Source: an uncultured Eubacteriales bacterium
Lineage (GTDB): Bacteria > Acidobacteriota > Aminicenantia > Aminicenantales > Aminicenantaceae
Assembly: GCA_964435925.1 (NCBI GenBank)
Contig: CAYTBG010000004.1
Coordinates: 1,792-56,031, forward strand
Length of the DNA: 54,240 nt
Direction of reading: 5' to 3'
The position numbers and the translations under genes were made by a program. Under the pieces are notes generated by a model. The model was not told the origin of the DNA, made no database searches, and saw only the letters and a program-made list of their open reading frames with translations. Below are positions 8,865 to 18,092 of this stretch, one piece after another. How positions within the stretch are numbered: the stretch's first letter is position 1; each line of letters starts with the position of its first letter.

Positions 8865-9835
8865 GTTAGGCCGGATAAAACCCTATCACAGGCAACGCCG
8901 TACAGGATGAAGGGGCCATGTGATTCCGAAAATGATTCGTCTTGGAGGACGGTATGCAACGACGACTGGTAGCTAGAAAGAGAGTCACGATTTTCTTGGT
9001 CACAATGTTCTCTTTCACGGCGATCGTTCTGGTGATGATGTCCGTGAGCGATGTTTTCGAGGCCATGGGATTCTTTGCCCTCGGATGGTCACCAGCGGCC
9101 GCAGCGTTTGTGACCATCCTCGTTACCGGCGGCAAGTTGACTGACCTTGGATTCCGGAAATCGCGGCCTCGATTTCTATTGCTCAGCATCGGTCTTGCTT
9201 GGTTCCTTGTCGTAACCGTCTACGGAACGGCGTGGCTCACCGGACTCGGTGGTTTCTATGATCAGTCGTTCGTCACGAATGCTCGCGACACCTTCAACAT
9301 CACCGCTGCTTCACCCCTTCAGGTCATCGCCATAAGTGGTGGCCTCTACGGGACGGTTGGCATTCTGTTCGCCAGTGTCCTAGCGCTCGGTGAAGAAATC
9401 GGATGGCGCGGTCTGCTGGTTCAAGAGCTCGCGAGGTTCAATTCGTTTACGAAAACGGCGCTCCTGAGTGGCGGCGTCTGGGCGCTATGGCATTTCCCGG
9501 TAATCTTGTTTTTTGGATACCACTCAAAGGCACCAGTTTGGTACGGCTTAGCGTGTGCCTCGACTGCTATGGTCTTGGTGAGCTTTCCATATGCTTGGTT
9601 GCGCCTGATGTCAGGTAGCGTTTGGACCGCCGCACTCTTGCATGGCGCCCACAACGTGCTGTTCCAAGAGATCTTCCATCCGTTGACCGTTGATACCGGT
9701 GCCACAGAATATGTCGTAGGCGAGTTCGGAGCCCTCGTGATACTCCCCGTGGCCTTCATCGTTTGGTTGGTTTGCCGCTACCGCGACCGAATTCCAAATC
9801 TTGCGTCAGAGGCGGACTAACAACTGGCTCAAGCG
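8865..9835 (+). mobile_element. Integron-gene-cassette-like unit with truncated attC
   Basis: GTTAGGC (GTTRRRY core) at 8865-8871. The gene stop lies inside GACTAAC (9815-9821), followed by AACTGGCTCAAGCG, resembling an attC left half; the rest is missing. Confidence 0.55.
8942..9820 (+). CDS. CPBP (CAAX/Abi) intramembrane glutamic endopeptidase
   Basis: LGEEIGWRG, WALWHFP, AALLHGAHN; visibly more GC-rich than its neighbours. Confidence 0.9.
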   Translation: MEDGMQRRLVARKRVTIFLVTMFSFTAIVLVMMSVSDVFEAMGFFALGWSPAAAAFVTILVTGGKLTDLGFRKSRPRFLLLSIGLAWFLVVTVYGTAWLTGLGGFYDQSFVTNARDTFNITAASPLQVIAISGGLYGTVGILFASVLALGEEIGWRGLLVQELARFNSFTKTALLSGGVWALWHFPVILFFGYHSKAPVWYGLACASTAMVLVSFPYAWLRLMSGSVWTAALLHGAHNVLFQEIFHPLTVDTGATEYVVGEFGALVILPVAFIVWLVCRYRDRIPNLASEAD

Positions 9836-9840
9836 TGATT

Positions 9841-9865
9841 AAAATGGGGCCAGGCCCCATTTTCT
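9841..9865 (+). repeat. REP-like palindrome
   Basis: AAAATGGGGCCAGGCCCCATTTTCT, same orientation as the 8825 copy. Confidence 0.85.
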
Positions 9866-9913
9866 AAAAAAAGGATTCTTCTTTTATTTACTTTTTTTTG
9901 TGAGATTTTTCTT

Positions 9914-9989
9914 GTAGGGGCTTGATTCATCAAGCCCACCTTTCTGATCTTAATAATTTATTAGTATGTTTGATAAATCAAACACCTAC
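9914..9989. repeat. GTAG-type REP inverted doublet (second REP family)
   Basis: GTAGGGGCTTGATTCATCAAGCCC at 9914-9937 and GTTTGATAAATCAAACACCTAC at 9968-9989 (reverse complement GTAGGTGTTTGATTTATCAAAC). Confidence 0.7.
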
Positions 9990-10098
9990 ACAAATAAAAG
10001 GAATCCAAACACAGATTCCCTTTTTTCAAGACAATCTTGTGTTTAACACTCTTTAAAATATTGTTATAATGACAAATCAATAATTAGAGGAGGAGTAA

Positions 10099-10548
10099 GT
10101 GAAAATTGCCACAGCCTCGGATCACGCAGGGTATGAGCTTAAGAAGGGAATCACAGCCTATCTTTCAGAGAAAGGAATAAAACACGAGGATTTTGGCTGC
10201 GGTCCAGGTGAAAAGGTTGATTATGTTGATTATGCGGAGAAAGCCATTAAAAGGGTCTCTTCAGGTGAGTATGACCGGGCAATCCTTGTTTGCGGTACAG
10301 GCCTTGGAATGGCTATCGTCGCCAACAAGCACAAAGGGATAAGAGCAACTTCCTGTTTGGATGAATATACGGCAGAAATGAGCCGCAGACACAACGATTC
10401 AAACTGTCTTACTTTAGGAGGGAGGATTGTTCCCCTGGATGAGGCCTTAAGCGTTGTCCGGATATGGCTTGAAACAGAGTTTGAGGGTGAACGGCATCAA
10501 AGAAGAATCGATAAAATTATTGATATAGAAGAGAGAAATTTTAAATAA
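10099..10548 (+). CDS. rpiB: Ribose-5-phosphate isomerase B
   Basis: ASDHAGYELK, CGTGLGM, HNDSNCLTLG, FEGERHQRR; GGAGG RBS, GTG start. Confidence 0.95.
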   Translation: MKIATASDHAGYELKKGITAYLSEKGIKHEDFGCGPGEKVDYVDYAEKAIKRVSSGEYDRAILVCGTGLGMAIVANKHKGIRATSCLDEYTAEMSRRHNDSNCLTLGGRIVPLDEALSVVRIWLETEFEGERHQRRIDKIIDIEERNFK

Positions 10549-10568
10549 ATAAGAGAGGAGTAAGAACA

Positions 10569-12005
10569 ATGTCTTCATTTTATGAAAAAATCCAAAATTT
10601 ATCTCAAAAGATAATAGAGAATAATAATTGGAGGCAGAGGGAATCTTTCAACCTCATTCCCTCTGAAACGACTCCTTCGACTCTGGTGAAGATGTGCGAG
10701 ATATCTGATCCCTCTGGCCGTTATGCTGAACACAGGACTATGAAAGGAGAAGAAATCTATTTTTACCAGGGAATAGATTTCATAAGGGATGTTGAAGAGG
10801 AAGCACGGCGCGAGTTCCAGCGCTTCTTTGATTGCACAGAAGTGGAATTACGAACAATAAGCGGCCAGATGGCCAACGAAGTCGTATTCAAAGGTTTGGT
10901 CCGCTTTCTCAATCGCGACCGCCCTCAAGGACAGCCGACGCGGAAGATGAAGCTGGTCATGAATAATGCGCTGACAAAAGGAGGACATCTCAGCTCTCAG
11001 CCCATGGGAGCGCTTTTCAACTTCGTGCAGGAGAATCCAGAAACAGGAAAGGAAAATGTCATCAATTTTCCTGTTTTAAGCGAAAATCAGTACAAGCCTG
11101 ACCTTGCCAAACTCGGAGAAATTTTAGACCGGCACAAGCCTGAGCTCATGGTGTTTGGCAAGAGCATGTTTCTCTACCAGGAGCCTGTCAAATTTGTTCA
11201 TGATATTGTTAAAGACTGGGAGGTGCCGCCCGTTATCATGTTTGATATGGCTCATGTTTTGGGGATATATGGTGCTTTTCAGGCGCCCTTAAGCGAAGGG
11301 GCTAATGTTATAACCGGAAGCACTCATAAAACCTTTTTCGGTCCTCAGAGAGGGATAGTAGCAGGCAACTTTCCCAAAGGGAGTCCGCTTCGAAAATTAT
11401 GGCTGGATATCAAAGGCCGTGCTTTTCCTGGTTCAACCAGCAACCATCATTTGGGAACGCTCCTTGCTCTGTTGATGGCTGTTTATGAAATGAATGAGTT
11501 TAAAGAAGAGTACCAGAAACAGGTCAGAGCCAATGCCAAAGCTTTTGCCCGGGCTTTGAAAGATACGAAAATTCAGGTAGAGGGAGATGAAAAAGATGGG
11601 TTTACAGAGACTCATCAAGTTGTTATCCGCATCAAAGCCCACGGCGACGGCCAGGAAATTGCCCGCCGTCTGGAAGAAAACAATATTGTAACCAATTATC
11701 AGGCGCTGCCAGATGATGAGACCTTTCTCAAAGCGAGTGGAATCCGAATGGGCGTCCAGGAAATGACCCGCTTCGGGATGAAAGAGAAAGATTTTGCCCA
11801 GCTTTCAGGTTTTATAGCAGATGTTATTATCAGGAACAAAAAGGTTAAGGAAGAGGTGAAAAAATATCGCGCCAACTTCCTCCAGATGAAGTACTGCCTT
11901 TCTCCCCAGGAAGCCCTCCCTATCGCAGCGAAAATAATTAAAAGCATCTTTCCCTACCCTGATTTTGCTGATTTGTTCATAGAAAACTTAGAGAAAAATA
12001 TCTAA
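10569..12005 (+). CDS. glyA: Serine hydroxymethyltransferase, archaeal-like/divergent type
   Basis: NLIPSE, SGQMAN, GGHLS, FDMAHV, STHKTFFGPQRG (PLP Lys), FPGSTSNHHL, SGIRMGVQEMTRFG. Confidence 0.85.
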   Translation: MSSFYEKIQNLSQKIIENNNWRQRESFNLIPSETTPSTLVKMCEISDPSGRYAEHRTMKGEEIYFYQGIDFIRDVEEEARREFQRFFDCTEVELRTISGQMANEVVFKGLVRFLNRDRPQGQPTRKMKLVMNNALTKGGHLSSQPMGALFNFVQENPETGKENVINFPVLSENQYKPDLAKLGEILDRHKPELMVFGKSMFLYQEPVKFVHDIVKDWEVPPVIMFDMAHVLGIYGAFQAPLSEGANVITGSTHKTFFGPQRGIVAGNFPKGSPLRKLWLDIKGRAFPGSTSNHHLGTLLALLMAVYEMNEFKEEYQKQVRANAKAFARALKDTKIQVEGDEKDGFTETHQVVIRIKAHGDGQEIARRLEENNIVTNYQALPDDETFLKASGIRMGVQEMTRFGMKEKDFAQLSGFIADVIIRNKKVKEEVKKYRANFLQMKYCLSPQEALPIAAKIIKSIFPYPDFADLFIENLEKNI

Positions 12006-12009
12006 AAGG

Positions 12010-12094
12010 GAGAAAAAGGGGACAGGCTACTTTTTCTGATGTTCTATCCACGAGTAGCGACTACGGAGAAAAAGTAGCCTGTCCCCTTTTTCTC
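12010..12094. repeat. Inverted REP doublet, GGGGACAGGCTAC core
   Basis: GAGAAAAAGGGGACAGGCTACTTTTTCT 12010-12037 and its reverse complement 12067-12094. Confidence 0.85.
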
Positions 12095-12155
12095 TTTTAT
12101 TGACGGATAGAGCCTTTTTTGTCAGAATGATTCAAAAAATAACGAGAGAGTCAAG

Positions 12156-13436
12156 ATGAAGATTTTAGTTATTGGTTCAGGCGGGAGAGAGCATGCCCTT
12201 GCCTGGAAAATATCCGAGAGCCCCCACCTTGAGAAACTCTTCTGCGCACCCGGAAATCCAGGCACGATGAGCATTGCTGAAAATGTCGCTATCGATTCCT
12301 CTGATATCAAGGGACTAACTGATTTTGCCGCACAGGAGAAAATTGGGTTGACAGTCGTAGGACCCGAGCTTCCTTTGACACAAGGCATAGTTGATGAGTT
12401 TGAAGAGAGAGGCTTAAAGATATTCGGGCCGAATAAAAACACCGCACAGCTCGAAGGAAGCAAAGTATTCGCCAAGCAATTTATGGAACGCCACAAAATA
12501 CCAACCGCCAGGTCCAAGATCGCAGAGTCCCCGGAGGCGGCAGTAGAAATCTTGAATTCAGGAGAATTTTCTTTTCCTGTGGTTGTAAAGGCAGACGGAT
12601 TGGCTGCGGGAAAGGGAGTCATAATCTGCAAAAACCTGAAAGAAGCAGAGGAAGTTGTCCGCCTAATCATGGTTGAGAGAAAATTCGGTGAGGCAGGAAG
12701 AAGAGTTCTCGTTGAAGAATGCTTGAGGGGAAAAGAGACTTCCTTCATAGTCCTATCAGATGGGAAAGAAGTAGTGCCGCTGGTCACGACCATGGACCAT
12801 AAACCTGTTTATGATGGCGATAAGGGCCCGAATACAGGAGGAATGGGAGCAATTTCCCCTTCTCCTTTTATTGACAAAGAGCTATTTGCAGAAATAATGA
12901 GGTCCATTGTGCTCCCGACAGTGACCCACATGCGTGAAGAGGGAAGAAAATATAAGGGTGTTCTTTATGTAGGATTGATGCTGACAGAGGAGGGGCCTAA
13001 GGTGCTCGAGTACAACTGCCGTTTTGGAGACCCGGAGACTCAACCTCAGGTGTTGAGGATGGAGAGCGACCTTGTGGATATTCTCCTGGCCATAATAGGA
13101 GAAGATGCGCAAGGAAAGGAAATACAATGGAGCCCTAACGCTTCTGGCTGCGTGGTCTTGGCTTCAGGGGGTTATCCGCTTGCCTACGAGAAAGGAAAGC
13201 GCATTGAAGGCCTGAAGCGGGCCTCAGAGATACCGGGCATCGCTGTCTTCCATGCAGGCACAAAGTTCGAAGAGGGAGAATATTACACAAATGGTGGTAG
13301 AGTGATAGGTGTTTGTGCTTCAGAGGAAAATTTAGGTGAAACCATGGAAAAGATATACAATGCCATTTCCGGGATATCTTTTGAAGGCATGCATTTCCGG
13401 AGAGATATCGGTGCATTAAGGGAGGAAGAGGGATGA
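12156..13436 (+). CDS. purD: Phosphoribosylamine-glycine ligase
   Basis: GSGGREHAL, LEGSKVFAK, VVKADGLAAGKGV, GPNTGGMG, NCRFGDPETQ. Confidence 0.97.
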   Translation: MKILVIGSGGREHALAWKISESPHLEKLFCAPGNPGTMSIAENVAIDSSDIKGLTDFAAQEKIGLTVVGPELPLTQGIVDEFEERGLKIFGPNKNTAQLEGSKVFAKQFMERHKIPTARSKIAESPEAAVEILNSGEFSFPVVVKADGLAAGKGVIICKNLKEAEEVVRLIMVERKFGEAGRRVLVEECLRGKETSFIVLSDGKEVVPLVTTMDHKPVYDGDKGPNTGGMGAISPSPFIDKELFAEIMRSIVLPTVTHMREEGRKYKGVLYVGLMLTEEGPKVLEYNCRFGDPETQPQVLRMESDLVDILLAIIGEDAQGKEIQWSPNASGCVVLASGGYPLAYEKGKRIEGLKRASEIPGIAVFHAGTKFEEGEYYTNGGRVIGVCASEENLGETMEKIYNAISGISFEGMHFRRDIGALREEEG

Positions 13437-13924
13437 AAGTTACAATATTCTTAGGAAGTGATTCGGATTATGACGTTGTAAAGGATGCTCAGGCAATACT
13501 CAAAGAATTTAAAGTGCCGTTCGCCCTGGAGGTCACATCTGCCCACCGTTCTCCTGCCAGAACCCTCAAACTCATAAAAGATTATGAAGAGAAAGGAGTC
13601 GAGGTTTTCATCGCTGTCGCAGGTAAAGCTGCTCATTTAGCGGGCATTGTGGCTGCGCACACAGTCAAGCCTGTTATTGGAGTTCCGGTGGAGAGTTCTT
13701 CCTTAGATGGTCTCGATGCTCTTCTCTCCACAGTTCAGATGCCAAAAGGAGTGCCAGTGGCAACTATGGGCCTGGGCAAATCAGGCGCTTCAAACTCAGC
13801 CCTCCTGGCCATCCAGATCTTGAGCCTCAATGACTCTTCCCTTGTGAAAAAATTGGAGGAATATCGGGAGAAAATGGCCGCCCGGATTGAGGCTAAGTCA
13901 AAAAAAATTCAGCAGAAATCATGA
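13433..13924 (+). CDS. purE: N5-CAIR mutase
   Basis: GSDSD, SAHRSP, AGKAAHLAG, QMPKGVPVA. Confidence 0.97.
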   Translation: MKVTIFLGSDSDYDVVKDAQAILKEFKVPFALEVTSAHRSPARTLKLIKDYEEKGVEVFIAVAGKAAHLAGIVAAHTVKPVIGVPVESSSLDGLDALLSTVQMPKGVPVATMGLGKSGASNSALLAIQILSLNDSSLVKKLEEYREKMAARIEAKSKKIQQKS

Positions 13925-15177
13925 TATCCTTTTCGATTCAAACCTTTGGCTGCCGTTCGAATCAAGCTGAGGCTTTTTTATGGGCATATGAGTTTCAGAA
14001 GCACGGGCTGAAGTATGAAAAAGATTTTTCCCGAAGCGACTTAGTCGTAGTTAACTCCTGTACACTTACCAGTCGAGCGGACAGCGACGCAAGAAGTTTT
14101 ATTAGAAAAGTTTCGCGCGTAAACCCAAAGGCAAGATTGATCGTTACCGGATGCTATGCCCAGCGTGCCCCTGAGGAATTGAGAGACATGCCCCAGGTCT
14201 CATGCCTTTTGCCCAACACAGAAAAGAAAAACTTAGAAGCAAAAGTCCTCTCTTTTGCTGGCCCGGGGAAGGAAGGGCCAATTTCACCTTTCCGTTCTCG
14301 CGCCTCTGTTAAAATTCAGGATGGGTGCAATTTCCGCTGCACTTTTTGTATCATTCCCAGCGTCAGGGGGAGAAGTGTAAGCTTTAAAAAGAGAGAAATC
14401 CTCGACCGAATCAAAGAATTCATAAGCCAGGGCTACAGGGAGATTGTTCTGACAGGAATTCATCTTTGTTCTTATGGTCTTGATCTTAACACCAGGAGCT
14501 CGCTGCTCGAGTTGCTCCAGGAAATAGAAAGCTTAAAAGGGCTCCGCAAATTAAGGTTGAGCTCTCTTGACCCTCGGTTTTTAAGCCCTTCTTTGATGGA
14601 GCACATCATAGAAAGCGGGAAAGTATGCCCTCATTTTCATCTTTCTTTACAGAGCGGATCCGATGATATACTGCATCGTATGGGTCGCAAGATAAAAATC
14701 GAGGATTACAAAAAAATTCTCACTTATTTGCGTGAGAAGTCTCCCCAGGCATCTTTGGGAGCAGACATTATCGTGGGATTCCCAGGAGAAACCGGGGAAG
14801 ATTTCAGCCAGACTTACCGCTTCCTGGAACAGTCACCTCTGACCTATCTTCATGTATTCTCCTATTCTCCTCGCCCCGGGACTGCTGCTGCTTCCTGGCA
14901 GCAGGTTAACAGCAAGGTAAAGAAGGAGAGGGCGGGACTTTTAAGGGATTTATCCAGCAGGAAGAATACGAACTTTCGCCGGCTTTTTGTAGGGAAGGAA
15001 TTCGAGGCAATTGTTATAAAAAAGGAAGAAGCCGGGGCTGAAGTTTTGACATCCAATTATTTTAAAGTTTTCGTTCCTTCCTGTCCTCACGATGAAAGAA
15101 ACGAAGTAAGAGTGAAAATCAGAAAAGTAGATACTGGAAAAACAACAGGACAAATTGTCAATTTACTAAGCTCCTAA
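13921..15177 (+). CDS. mtaB: tRNA methylthiotransferase MtaB (radical SAM)
   Basis: TFGCRSN, NSCT, QDGCNFRCTFCIIP, HVFSYSPRPGT. Confidence 0.9.
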   Translation: MISFSIQTFGCRSNQAEAFLWAYEFQKHGLKYEKDFSRSDLVVVNSCTLTSRADSDARSFIRKVSRVNPKARLIVTGCYAQRAPEELRDMPQVSCLLPNTEKKNLEAKVLSFAGPGKEGPISPFRSRASVKIQDGCNFRCTFCIIPSVRGRSVSFKKREILDRIKEFISQGYREIVLTGIHLCSYGLDLNTRSSLLELLQEIESLKGLRKLRLSSLDPRFLSPSLMEHIIESGKVCPHFHLSLQSGSDDILHRMGRKIKIEDYKKILTYLREKSPQASLGADIIVGFPGETGEDFSQTYRFLEQSPLTYLHVFSYSPRPGTAAASWQQVNSKVKKERAGLLRDLSSRKNTNFRRLFVGKEFEAIVIKKEEAGAEVLTSNYFKVFVPSCPHDERNEVRVKIRKVDTGKTTGQIVNLLSS

Positions 15178-15302
15178 GAAATTATGTAGCCATCTCCAAA
15201 AAATATTTCTGGATTTCATTTAAATCCATATTTCCCATATTAAGTGTTAAATAAATGATACACATTTTTTGAAATGAGTGTGAATATCCCCTTGGATAAT
15301 TT

Positions 15303-15318
15303 TGGCATGTTTAATGCT
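15303..15318 (+). promoter_or_regulatory. Putative sigma-54 -24/-12 promoter
   Basis: TGGCAT-GTTTA-ATGCT; GG and GC 12 nt apart, upstream of an RBS at 15345. Confidence 0.5.
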
Positions 15319-15354
15319 ATTAATATCTATAGCGGATATTAATTGGAGGAAATC

Positions 15355-15504
15355 ATGCCGAAATTCATGACCCGCAATGAAGATTGGTACATTATTTGCG
15401 TTACAAAATGGGGAATACGCGGTAATTCAAACTATTTGCCTTCTGATACGTATATTTGTTACGTAAGCGATTACTTAATTATGTTCGATCAAAGAACAAA
15501 ATAA
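15355..15504 (+). CDS. Small ORF (49 aa), unknown
   Basis: GGAGG RBS; MPKFMTRNEDWYIICVTKWG...QRTK*; stop abuts the RBS/ATG of the MFP gene. Confidence 0.35.
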   Translation: MPKFMTRNEDWYIICVTKWGIRGNSNYLPSDTYICYVSDYLIMFDQRTK

Positions 15505-15507
15505 GGA

Positions 15508-16785
15508 ATGAAGATGGTTATGTCAAAGAAAAAAATTATTATTGGATCAATTATAATCCTGGTAATTGGGGTAATGATTATTTTAATTTCGACGAGAAAT
15601 AAAGGTGATCAAGGAATTTCGGTGGAAACTGCAAAAGTTGAACGACAAAAAATTGTGGAAACGGTTACTGCGACAGGAAGAATTCAGCCCAAAACAAAGG
15701 TCAAGATAAGCGCTGATGTTGCCGCGAAAATTACCGACTTGAATGTAAAAGAAGGTGAATGGGTTGAGAAGGGCAATTTTCTTGTTCAATTGGATCGGGA
15801 GCGTTTTTTAGCTGCAATGGAAAGCGCAGAAGCAAATTTGAAGGCAAGCGAGTCTAATGCTACGTTGGCAAAGGAAAATATGCTCAAAGCTGAAAAGGAT
15901 TATGTTCGAATCAAAGAATTATTCGAACAAAATCTGGAAACCCAGGCAAATTTAGACCAAACTTATGCGGCTGACAGAGCGGAAAAAGCACGTTACAATT
16001 CTGCGTTACAGCAGGTAGAGCAGGCAAAGGCTGTACTTAAACAAGCAAAAGATGATCTGTCCAAGACCACTATCTATGCTCCAATGTCCGGAACTATCAG
16101 TGAACTCAACAAAGAAGTAGGTGAAATTGCTCTTGGTTCTCAATTTCAAGAAGATGTGATCATGATTATTTCCAAGCTTTCCGGAATGGAAACATTGGTG
16201 AATGTTGATGAGAACGATGTTGTTTCTGTGGCTGTGGGAGACAGTGCAACAATAGAAGTGGATGCATTGCCAGATCAAGTTTTCCATGGTGTAGTAAGCG
16301 AAATTGCCAGCAGTGCAACAATCACTGGATCAGGTACCATGGACCAAAAAACCGAATTTGAGGTTAAAATTTCTATCACCAATCCTGGCAGAGAGTTAAG
16401 ACCTGGCATGACTGCAAGTAGTGATATTATTACAGAAACCAGGGAAGATGCGCTTGGTATCCCCATTCAATGTGTCACTGTTAGAACTCCGGAGCAGTTA
16501 AAAAAGAAAAAACCAAATGCTGGTGGTGTTGCTATTGATGACAGTTCATCCGAAGAAAATTACGTTCCAGATAAAGATGGCTTTGTAGAAGTGGTTTTTA
16601 TCGTAGAAGATGGCATTGCTAAGGCAAAACAGGTGAAAACCGGCATCCAGAGTGAAACTCACATTGAAATTATCGAAGGATTATCTGAAGGTGAAAAAAT
16701 TGTTACTGGAAGTTATCGTGCGATAAGTCAAACATTGCAAAATCAATCCCAGGTAGAAGTAAAAAAAGTGGATCAGCAAAAATAA
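15508..16785 (+). CDS. Efflux periplasmic adaptor (MFP, MacA/HlyD family)
   Basis: N-terminal TM, VTATGRIQP, coiled coil, TIYAPMSGTI, VNVDENDV, LRPGMTA. Confidence 0.92.
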   Translation: MKMVMSKKKIIIGSIIILVIGVMIILISTRNKGDQGISVETAKVERQKIVETVTATGRIQPKTKVKISADVAAKITDLNVKEGEWVEKGNFLVQLDRERFLAAMESAEANLKASESNATLAKENMLKAEKDYVRIKELFEQNLETQANLDQTYAADRAEKARYNSALQQVEQAKAVLKQAKDDLSKTTIYAPMSGTISELNKEVGEIALGSQFQEDVIMIISKLSGMETLVNVDENDVVSVAVGDSATIEVDALPDQVFHGVVSEIASSATITGSGTMDQKTEFEVKISITNPGRELRPGMTASSDIITETREDALGIPIQCVTVRTPEQLKKKKPNAGGVAIDDSSSEENYVPDKDGFVEVVFIVEDGIAKAKQVKTGIQSETHIEIIEGLSEGEKIVTGSYRAISQTLQNQSQVEVKKVDQQK

Positions 16786-16799
16786 TATAGGTTTCTTTT

Positions 16800-18035
16800 A
16801 TGCGATCAATTTATGAAAAAATTGAATCTTTTAAAATAGCTCTTTCAGCTATAAAGGAAAATAAAACCAGGGGCATCCTCACAGCGCTTGGAATCATTAT
16901 CGGAATTTTAGCAGTTATTACAACAATGACAGTGGCAAACGGGTTGGGGAATAATTTTAAAGAAAGCATATCTGCTATTGGCTCCGATGTACTCTATGTG
17001 TCAAGAATGCCCTGGATCATCACCGGCAACTTTTTCGAGTATCGGAACCGGCCGAATTTAACATTCAAGCAGAGTGAAAAATTAGAGCGTAGTTTAAAAA
17101 GCTCCCGAGCGGTAAATCCATCAACCAGCACAATAAATAATGTTAAATACCGCTCCAATGTGCTGGAAGGGATTCCTATCATTGGAACGACTGAGGATCA
17201 GATTGTCGTTTCAACCTCACTGCCGGATTTTGGCAGGTTTTTGACTTCAGTCGATGTGCAGAATAAAAAATTTGCCTGTGTTATTGGCACTGAAATAAAA
17301 GATCATCTTTTTAAAGATATTGATCCGATAAACAAAAAGATGAAGATCGGTCGCTATAATTTCCGTGTAGTTGGCATTATGGAAAAACAGGGGAGCTCCG
17401 GTTTTTTTGGCGGACCTAATTTTGACAGGCAGATTTTTGTTCCAATCAGTACTTTTATGAAAGCGTTTGGCAGCAGAAACCGTCAATTTGATATCGCTGT
17501 GAAAGCTCCGAGTCAGGAATCCATGCAAGATTTCAGGTATGAAATTATTGGTGAAATGCGAAAAATAAGAAAATTGAAGCCAACTGAAAAGGATAATTTC
17601 TCCATAAATTCCATGGATACATTGATGAACGCTTATAATAATGTCATGGGTGTGGTGATTCTGATCGGTCTGGTGGTTACGAGTATATCCCTGTTTGTCG
17701 GCGGAATCGGGGTGATGAATATCATGTTCATTTCTGTGACGGAAAGAACCAGGGAGATCGGTATCCGAAAAGCGCTTGGTGCAAAACGAAGAGTAATTCT
17801 TTCACAATTTCTATTTGAAGCTTCTGCGATTTGTTTAACCGGGGGATTATTGGGATTAATAGTTTCTTTTGGTGTGACCTCTCTTATTAACAAGTTTGTG
17901 CTGCCGGCTGCTGTCTCAATGCCGATTGCAATTATAGCCTTACTGATTTCTATTCTTGTTGGTGTTTTGTCCGGGATCATCCCGGCGTTTAGAGCTTCCC
18001 GATTAAACCCAATTGAGGCATTGAGGTATGAGTAA
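16800..18035 (+). CDS. MacB-type ABC permease (FtsX domain)
   Basis: LTALGIIIG, GGIGVMNIMFISVTERTREIGIRKALGA, NPIEALRYE. Confidence 0.93.
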   Translation: MRSIYEKIESFKIALSAIKENKTRGILTALGIIIGILAVITTMTVANGLGNNFKESISAIGSDVLYVSRMPWIITGNFFEYRNRPNLTFKQSEKLERSLKSSRAVNPSTSTINNVKYRSNVLEGIPIIGTTEDQIVVSTSLPDFGRFLTSVDVQNKKFACVIGTEIKDHLFKDIDPINKKMKIGRYNFRVVGIMEKQGSSGFFGGPNFDRQIFVPISTFMKAFGSRNRQFDIAVKAPSQESMQDFRYEIIGEMRKIRKLKPTEKDNFSINSMDTLMNAYNNVMGVVILIGLVVTSISLFVGGIGVMNIMFISVTERTREIGIRKALGAKRRVILSQFLFEASAICLTGGLLGLIVSFGVTSLINKFVLPAAVSMPIAIIALLISILVGVLSGIIPAFRASRLNPIEALRYE

Positions 18036-18092
18036 AAAAATGTTTAAAGTGAACTAAAATTTCTGCAATAAGGCGAAAAAAAAGGATTAAAA

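Noticed and set aside
7046-12094. Short palindromic repeats as a CRISPR array
   Set aside because: Dispersed, no regular spacer periodicity, no cas genes; REP-like instead
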